DNA of 64,000 nt from Candidatus Eiseniibacteriota bacterium (GTDB lineage Bacteria; Eisenbacteria; RBG-16-71-46; CAIMUX01; WJJG01), in contig JAGMBO010000049.1 of the NCBI GenBank assembly GCA_023129715.1, forward strand, positions 53,600 through 117,599. The letters run 5' to 3'. The notes under the pieces are model-generated. The model did no database searches, was not told the DNA's origin, and saw nothing but the letters and a program-made list of their open reading frames with translations. Made by a program: the position numbers and the translations under genes. Position 1 is the stretch's first letter; each line of letters opens with the position of its first letter. Positions 58,754 through 64,000 of the stretch are shown piece by piece.

Positions 58754-59854
58754 GTGCTGGAGGTTGGCGGGTACGGAGTACGCCCTGTGAACCTGCTTGC
58801 GATCGAGACATCCTGTGATGACACCTGCGCGGCCGTCTTGCACGACGGCCCCGACGGGGTAGCCTTGCTCAGCAACCAGATTTCCTCGCAGATGATCCAT
58901 GCCGAGTTCGAGGGCGTAGTCCCCGAGCTGGCCTCGCGGGAGCACATGCGCCTGCTGGGGCCCGTCGTCCGGCGCGCGCTTGCCGAGGCGGGCATCGCCC
59001 TCGGCGAGCTCAACGCCCTGGCGGTGACCAACGGCCCCGGCTTGATCGGATCGCTCCTCGTCGGCCTCTCGTTCGGCAAGGCTCTCGCCTACGCCCTGGA
59101 GCTCCCGGTGGTCGGCATCAACCACATCGAGGGCCATCTCGCCTCCGCGGCGCTCGATCTCGGGGAGGCGCTGGTGGTCCCCCCTTTCGTCGGTCTGGTG
59201 GCCTCGGGCGGCCACACCGAGATCGTCAGGGTGACGGCCTGGGGGCGCTGGGACTTGCTCGGCGCGACGCGGGACGACGCCGCCGGCGAGGCCTTCGACA
59301 AGGTGGGCAAACTCCTGCGCCTGGGATTCCCGGGCGGCCCGGCGCTCTCGCGCGCGGCGGCGAAGGGCCGAACCGATGCCTATGACTTCCCGCGCGCCCG
59401 GCTCGGCATCGAGCGCGGGGGCCTCGATCTCAGCTTCAGTGGGCTCAAGACCGCAGTGAAGCTCTTTCTCGACCGGGCCGGGTGGCCGCAGGAGCCGCGC
59501 GATCCCGGCGAGCGGGAGCACTTCGTCGCCGACGTGGCGGCGAGCTTCCAAGAGGCGGTTGTCGATGTGCTGACGGCCAAGTTGCTCAAGGCGGCGGAAG
59601 TCAGTGACACCCGGTGCCTCCTGATCGCCGGAGGGGTGGCGGCGAATGCGGCATTGCGGGCGCGGTTGCAGGGGGCGGCCCGAGAGCGGGGCCTGACGCT
59701 CTGGATCCCGGACACCCGCTTCTGCGGCGACAACGCGGCGATGATCGGGATGGCCGGACTCCACCACTTGCGCCGCGGGGAGCGCTCCCGCTATGACTTG
59801 GCGGCGATTCCCAATCTCGATGACTGGGAAGGCTTCTACGAGTCGGGCGTCTAA
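58754..59854 (+). CDS. tsaD: tRNA N6-adenosine threonylcarbamoyltransferase (Kae1/TsaD). Start probably ~58778-58787
   Basis: LAIETSCDDTCAAVL N-terminal signature. GGVAAN block. Confidence 0.85.
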   Translation: MLEVGGYGVRPVNLLAIETSCDDTCAAVLHDGPDGVALLSNQISSQMIHAEFEGVVPELASREHMRLLGPVVRRALAEAGIALGELNALAVTNGPGLIGSLLVGLSFGKALAYALELPVVGINHIEGHLASAALDLGEALVVPPFVGLVASGGHTEIVRVTAWGRWDLLGATRDDAAGEAFDKVGKLLRLGFPGGPALSRAAAKGRTDAYDFPRARLGIERGGLDLSFSGLKTAVKLFLDRAGWPQEPRDPGEREHFVADVAASFQEAVVDVLTAKLLKAAEVSDTRCLLIAGGVAANAALRARLQGAARERGLTLWIPDTRFCGDNAAMIGMAGLHHLRRGERSRYDLAAIPNLDDWEGFYESGV

Positions 59855-59894
59855 GGCGGCCGCGGCGGGGTACTCCCCGGCGCCTGGCGCCGAA

Positions 59895-59925
59895 CGGGCG
59901 GTCTGCCCGATCCTCCTGGCGGATC
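59895..59925 (+). terminator. Possible stem-loop terminator after tsaD (gcccgatcc...ggatcgggc), lacking a clear U-tract (approximate)
   Basis: 9-bp inverted repeat with 7-nt loop ~40 nt after the TAA. Confidence 0.3.
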
Positions 59926-60242
59926 GGGCATCCGACAATGCTCCCGGGCCTGGGCCGGGTCCCGCCTGTCGGCGCACACGCTCCACTTCCCCCAGGAATC
60001 CAAACGTTGCGCACACCGCTCCGAGACCGCACGCCCCGCGGCACTTCACTTGCATGGCGAGCAGTGACGGTGTGGTGGAGTCCAGGCCTGCATGTGCGGT
60101 GGTCGATTCCGCGCATCTGGCACGCGTTACCTGCACATTGCGGCAGGTCTCAGGCTGAACGGCGATAAACATGCCCACGGGTGCCGCCGATCCCTCAAAC
60201 AGGCGGTGATCAAGGGCCAAGGGCAACGAGAAAAGGTAGGAA

Positions 60243-61190
60243 GTGGTCATGTTAGAAACTCAGGTGAACATCCTTGTAGTAGAGGATGAGGTGACCCTGA
60301 GAACCGCACTCAAGGTGCAACTCACCGGGGCGGGGTACCGTGTCCGCACCGCGGTGGATGGCGAGGACGCGTTGCTCAAGATTGAGGAGGAACTTCCCTC
60401 GCTCGTTCTGCTCGACGTCGTCATGCCCAAGATGGACGGCTACGAGGTCTGCCGGCGAATCAAGGACGACATCCACACCGCCAGTGTGCCGGTGATCATG
60501 CTGACGGCGCGCAGCGATCATGAGGACAAGCTCAAGGGCCTGCGCGGCGGGGCCAATGACTATGTGACCAAGCCCTATGACTGGACCGAACTGCAGGAGC
60601 GTGTGCGCAACATGCTCCAATGGAGCCTGATGCAGCGCGAGGCGAATCCGCTGACCGGGCTGCCGGGTAACATCGCCATCGAGAAAGAAGTGCGCGGGCG
60701 GCTCGCCTCGGAGGTGCCGTTCGCCTTCATGTATCTCGACATCGACAACTTCAAGGCGTTCAACGACTACTACAGCTTCCGCAAAGGTGATGAGGCCATT
60801 CGGCTGACCGCATCGATCATCTCGGTAACTGCGAGCCTCGAGGGGGATGGCAGCGGCTTCGTCGGTCACGTCGGCGGGGATGACTTCGTGCTGATCGCCA
60901 GCCCCGAGAGTGCGCCCGCTATCGCCGATGCCATCGTGACGGAGTTCGATGAGAAGATTCCCAAGCTCTATCGCGATGAGGATCGGCAGCGGGGGTACAT
61001 CGAGACCAAGGATCGTCGGGGCGAAGTTCGGCGCTATCCCCTGATGACGATTACCATCGCCGCGATCACGAACAGTCACAGAAAGATCGACCACCTGGGC
61101 GAACTGAGCCGGATCGCCGCCGAATTGAAGGCGTTCGGCAAGGAGCAGTCCAAGAGCGTTGTGGTCTGGGATCGGCGCGAGGCAGCCTGA
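60243..61190 (+). CDS. Response regulator: receiver domain fused to a divergent GGDEF domain (GGDDF; RxGGDEF-context Arg replaced by His)
   Basis: REC: ILVVEDE...LLDVVMPKMDGYEV...ANDYVTKP. GGDEF-like: YLDIDNFKAFNDYYSFRKGDEAI...HVGGDDFVLI. Confidence 0.75.
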   Translation: MVMLETQVNILVVEDEVTLRTALKVQLTGAGYRVRTAVDGEDALLKIEEELPSLVLLDVVMPKMDGYEVCRRIKDDIHTASVPVIMLTARSDHEDKLKGLRGGANDYVTKPYDWTELQERVRNMLQWSLMQREANPLTGLPGNIAIEKEVRGRLASEVPFAFMYLDIDNFKAFNDYYSFRKGDEAIRLTASIISVTASLEGDGSGFVGHVGGDDFVLIASPESAPAIADAIVTEFDEKIPKLYRDEDRQRGYIETKDRRGEVRRYPLMTITIAAITNSHRKIDHLGELSRIAAELKAFGKEQSKSVVVWDRREAA

Positions 61191-61255
61191 AGTTGGCGGT
61201 CCAGCGGGCCACGGCATCCAGTCGTGCGACGCAACTCTGCAGGGAGGCATCTTCG

Positions 61256-61660
61256 GTGAGCCGCAAGCGCATTCTGGTCGTCGACGACGAAGTCTACATG
61301 CTTCACATTCTCGAGTTCAGCCTTCACATGGAGGGCATGGAAGTCATCAGCGCCGCCAGCGGACAGGAAGCGCTGCAGAAGATCGCCGAAGAACCTCCAG
61401 ATCTGATCATCCTCGATGTGCTCATGCCCGAGATGGACGGCTACGAGGTCTGCCGCCGGTTGAAGCAGGAGGAGAGCACGCGCTCGATTCCGATCGTCTT
61501 TCTCACCGCCAAGGATAGCCGCAAGGATCGCACCTTCGGTCTCGATCTCGGAGCCGACGCCTACATCACCAAGCCGTTCAGTCCCCAGACACTGGTCGAT
61601 ACGATCACCGAACTGCTCGAAGATGTCCACCATGACGGTTCCGAGGCGGTCGGCATGTAG
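61256..61660 (+). CDS. Single-domain (CheY-like) response regulator
   Basis: GTG start. ILVVDDE...ILDVLMPEMDGYEV...ADAYITKPFSP. Confidence 0.75.
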   Translation: MSRKRILVVDDEVYMLHILEFSLHMEGMEVISAASGQEALQKIAEEPPDLIILDVLMPEMDGYEVCRRLKQEESTRSIPIVFLTAKDSRKDRTFGLDLGADAYITKPFSPQTLVDTITELLEDVHHDGSEAVGM

Positions 61661-61936
61661 CCGCTTGCTCCCCGCGCCATGTCTGGCGCGGCGCCCCGCT
61701 CTCGCCCGCAACGCGCGCGGCGCCGCCTGCTCCTCGATCCCGGCATTGCGCCCACTCCCCCCCCTCCGTTCCGGGGATATCCTATTCCCCTGATCCGTCC
61801 TATACTGGGCTCCGCGCCACCGTGCCCCCACCTGCCCGCCCGTGCGACGCCTGGGCGAGGTGCGCAAGAATCCGGCCGGGGCGCGGCGTGCGATGCGAGC
61901 GCGGCGCCCCGTTGCCCGCGAGGCGAGGAGCAGAGC

Positions 61937-64000
61937 GTGCAGGCTTCACCGACATTGGCGCAGGTTGCGCTTCCCCTGGCGTTGCCCCATCCGCTGCTCT
62001 ATGAGATTCCGCCCTCCTTGCGGGGCCAGGTTCAGTGTGGCCACCGGGTCGCCGTGCCGCTGCGCGGCACGCGCGCCCATGGGATCGTCGTCGGGCTGAC
62101 GGGGGCGTCGGCCAAGTCGGCAGGGATGAGCCTACGCCCACTCGAGGGTCTTGATCCGGCCGATGTGCTCCTGGCTCCGGCGCTCTTGAGTCTGGTGCGG
62201 TGGGTGTCGCGCTACTACGCGGCACCGATCGGGATCGCCTGCGAGACCGCCGTGCCGCGGGTGGTCGCCCGCCCGCCACGGAGCGCCTCGACGGCGCAGT
62301 CCGGTGCGCGGGGAGATGGGCAGCCGATTGCGCAGGAAGATGCACAGTCCGGTGGGCGGAAAGCGGGTGGGCCCGATGCGCCGGAGGGCGGGGCGGATAC
62401 CCGCCCGCCGGGCACGCCGCTCTCGCTCAATCCCGCGCAGGCGGCCGCGCTGGCGCCGGTGGTCGCCGCGCTGGAGGCGGGCGTGAACCGGACCTTTCTT
62501 CTGCAGGGCGTAACCGGCAGCGGCAAGACCGAAGTCTATCTGCAGGCCGTCGCCACGGCACTCGAACGGGGACGCACCGCGCTCTTTCTGGTTCCGGAGA
62601 TTGCGCTCGGCACGCAGGTGATGGCGCGGGTGCGGGAGCGCTTCGGCGACCAAGTGGCCGAATACCACAGCCAATTGACCCCCGGGACGCGCCGGCGGGC
62701 CTGGTGGCAGGCGCATGCCGGCCGGGCGCGCGTGGTTGTCGGGGCGCGTTCGGCGGTCTTCGTTCCCCTGCGTGATCTCGGACTGATCGTGATCGACGAA
62801 GAGCACGAACCTTCCTATAAGCAGAGCGAGACCCCTCGCTACCATGGGCGCGACACGGCCCTGATGCGGGCCCGTCTCGAGGGGGCGGTCACCCTGATGG
62901 GTTCGGCCACGCCCTCGCTCGAGTCGCGCCGCAATGTGGAGCAAGAAAAGTACGTGCGCTTGCATCTCCCCGAGCGGATCGCCGCCCGGCCCACACCGCG
63001 GGTGACGCTCGTCGACTTGCGGAGCAAGCAGGAAGGCGCCGCCCCTTCGATCGGTGGCCTCGATGTCGTCGGCACCGGCGATGCCGATCGTGGAGAGCCG
63101 CTCTCGGCGTATCTGCGCGAGCGGTTGCAGGCGGTGATCGCCGCGGGGGATCAGGCGATCCTGTTCCTCAACCGGCGGGGATTCTCAACCGCAGTCCAGT
63201 GCCGTGACTGCGGCTATGTGTTCGAATGTCCACACTGCAGCGTCGTTCTGACCTTCCACCGCAAGCGGCGCCTCCTGCGGTGCCACTACTGCAATCATGA
63301 ATTGCGCGAGATCCGGGCCTGCCCGGAATGCGCGGGCCACGATTTCGCCTACACTGGGGTCGGAACGCAGCGTGTCGAGGCGGCTCTCGCTGAGCAGCTC
63401 CCGGAGGCGCGCGTGCTGCGGATGGATCTCGATTCGACCCGGCGGCGCGGCGCACTCGCTACGATGATCGCCGATTTCGAGCGCGGGGCGGCCGATGTGC
63501 TCCTGGGAACCCAGATGGTGGCCAAGGGCTTCGACTTCCCGCGCGTCACCCTGGTCGGGGTGATCAACGCCGACCGCGAGATGGGGTTACCCGATTTCCG
63601 GGCCCAGGAACGTGCCTTCCAGCTGCTCACGCAAGTGGCGGGGCGCGCGGGCCGCGGGAACAAGCCCGGGGAGGTGGTGTTTCAGACGTACCAACCCGAG
63701 CATCACGTCATCACCGCGGCGGGGCACCAGGATTACGAGGCGTTCTATCAGAGGGAACTCGCGGAGCGGCAGTCGCTGCGCTATGTTCCCTTCCGCCGGA
63801 TGGCGAATCTGCTCTTTGATGGACCCGATGAGGCCGAGGTCACTCGGGTGGCCGAGGCGGTGGCCCAGCGCCTGACCGGGCGCTCCGGCGTGGAGTTGCT
63901 CGGCCCGGCGCCGATGCCGCTTAGCCGCCTGAAGGGCCAGTACCGTTGGCACCTGACCCTGCTCGCGGGCCGCCCCGGCTTACTGACTGCGCTGCTGCAC
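61937..64000 (+). CDS. priA: Primosomal protein N' (PriA helicase), 5' part; continues beyond the window end
   Basis: Manual translation from GTG: Walker A GVTGSGKTEVYLQ. DEEH box VIDEEHEPSYKQ. Cys-rich zinc-binding region CRDCGYVFECPHC...CHYCNHELREIRACPEC. Not in the ORF track because no stop codon falls in the window. Confidence 0.8.
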   Translation, partial: MQASPTLAQVALPLALPHPLLYEIPPSLRGQVQCGHRVAVPLRGTRAHGIVVGLTGASAKSAGMSLRPLEGLDPADVLLAPALLSLVRWVSRYYAAPIGIACETAVPRVVARPPRSASTAQSGARGDGQPIAQEDAQSGGRKAGGPDAPEGGADTRPPGTPLSLNPAQAAALAPVVAALEAGVNRTFLLQGVTGSGKTEVYLQAVATALERGRTALFLVPEIALGTQVMARVRERFGDQVAEYHSQLTPGTRRRAWWQAHAGRARVVVGARSAVFVPLRDLGLIVIDEEHEPSYKQSETPRYHGRDTALMRARLEGAVTLMGSATPSLESRRNVEQEKYVRLHLPERIAARPTPRVTLVDLRSKQEGAAPSIGGLDVVGTGDADRGEPLSAYLRERLQAVIAAGDQAILFLNRRGFSTAVQCRDCGYVFECPHCSVVLTFHRKRRLLRCHYCNHELREIRACPECAGHDFAYTGVGTQRVEAALAEQLPEARVLRMDLDSTRRRGALATMIADFERGAADVLLGTQMVAKGFDFPRVTLVGVINADREMGLPDFRAQERAFQLLTQVAGRAGRGNKPGEVVFQTYQPEHHVITAAGHQDYEAFYQRELAERQSLRYVPFRRMANLLFDGPDEAEVTRVAEAVAQRLTGRSGVELLGPAPMPLSRLKGQYRWHLTLLAGRPGLLTALLH

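Noticed and set aside
58616-60250. 544-aa minus-strand ORF
   Set aside because: Antisense to tsaD.
1-64000. Search for CRISPR arrays, rRNA and tRNA genes
   Set aside because: No spacer-interspersed repeat array, no rRNA-like conserved tracts and no cloverleaf-compatible segments seen by eye in the intergenic regions (13670-14020, 17650-17920, 33580-34230, 59855-60240, 61660-61936). tRNAscan or Infernal would be needed for certainty.

Overview
This is a high-GC (~68–70%) bacterial chromosomal segment with dense coding on both strands and strong GC3 codon bias. That bias produces many long spurious antisense ORFs, so calls rest on recognisable protein motifs and codon bias. I found no rRNA, tRNA or CRISPR array. 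Recognisable housekeeping genes include trxA, an M29 aminopeptidase, pepF, alr, a P5C dehydrogenase, formimidoyltransferase-cyclodeaminase, tsaD and a priA start that runs off the window end. There is also an ECF sigma/anti-sigma pair flanked by two LTXXQ (CpxP/Spy-like) periplasmic proteins. Many secreted proteins here (beta-helix, PLD-like, dockerin/cohesin-like) share a T9SS-type/FlgD-Ig-like C-terminal domain. The most unusual features are: (1) a four-gene cluster at 8077-11673 that looks like a tandem duplication of a two-gene membrane module with no recognisable family; (2) a TlpA-like thioredoxin domain fused to a beta-rich domain ending in Phe; (3) a DNA methyltransferase, metallophosphoesterase and MttB-like operon; (4) a gene-decay zone holding a cysteine-desulfurase remnant beside DUF3343, plus an IS91 transposase remnant; (5) a possible D-amino-acid island; (6) several short tandem repeat arrays in upstream regions and one sharply AT-rich promoter island. 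CDS coordinates follow the supplied ORF track. Adjusted starts and non-coding features are approximate to about ±5 nt.
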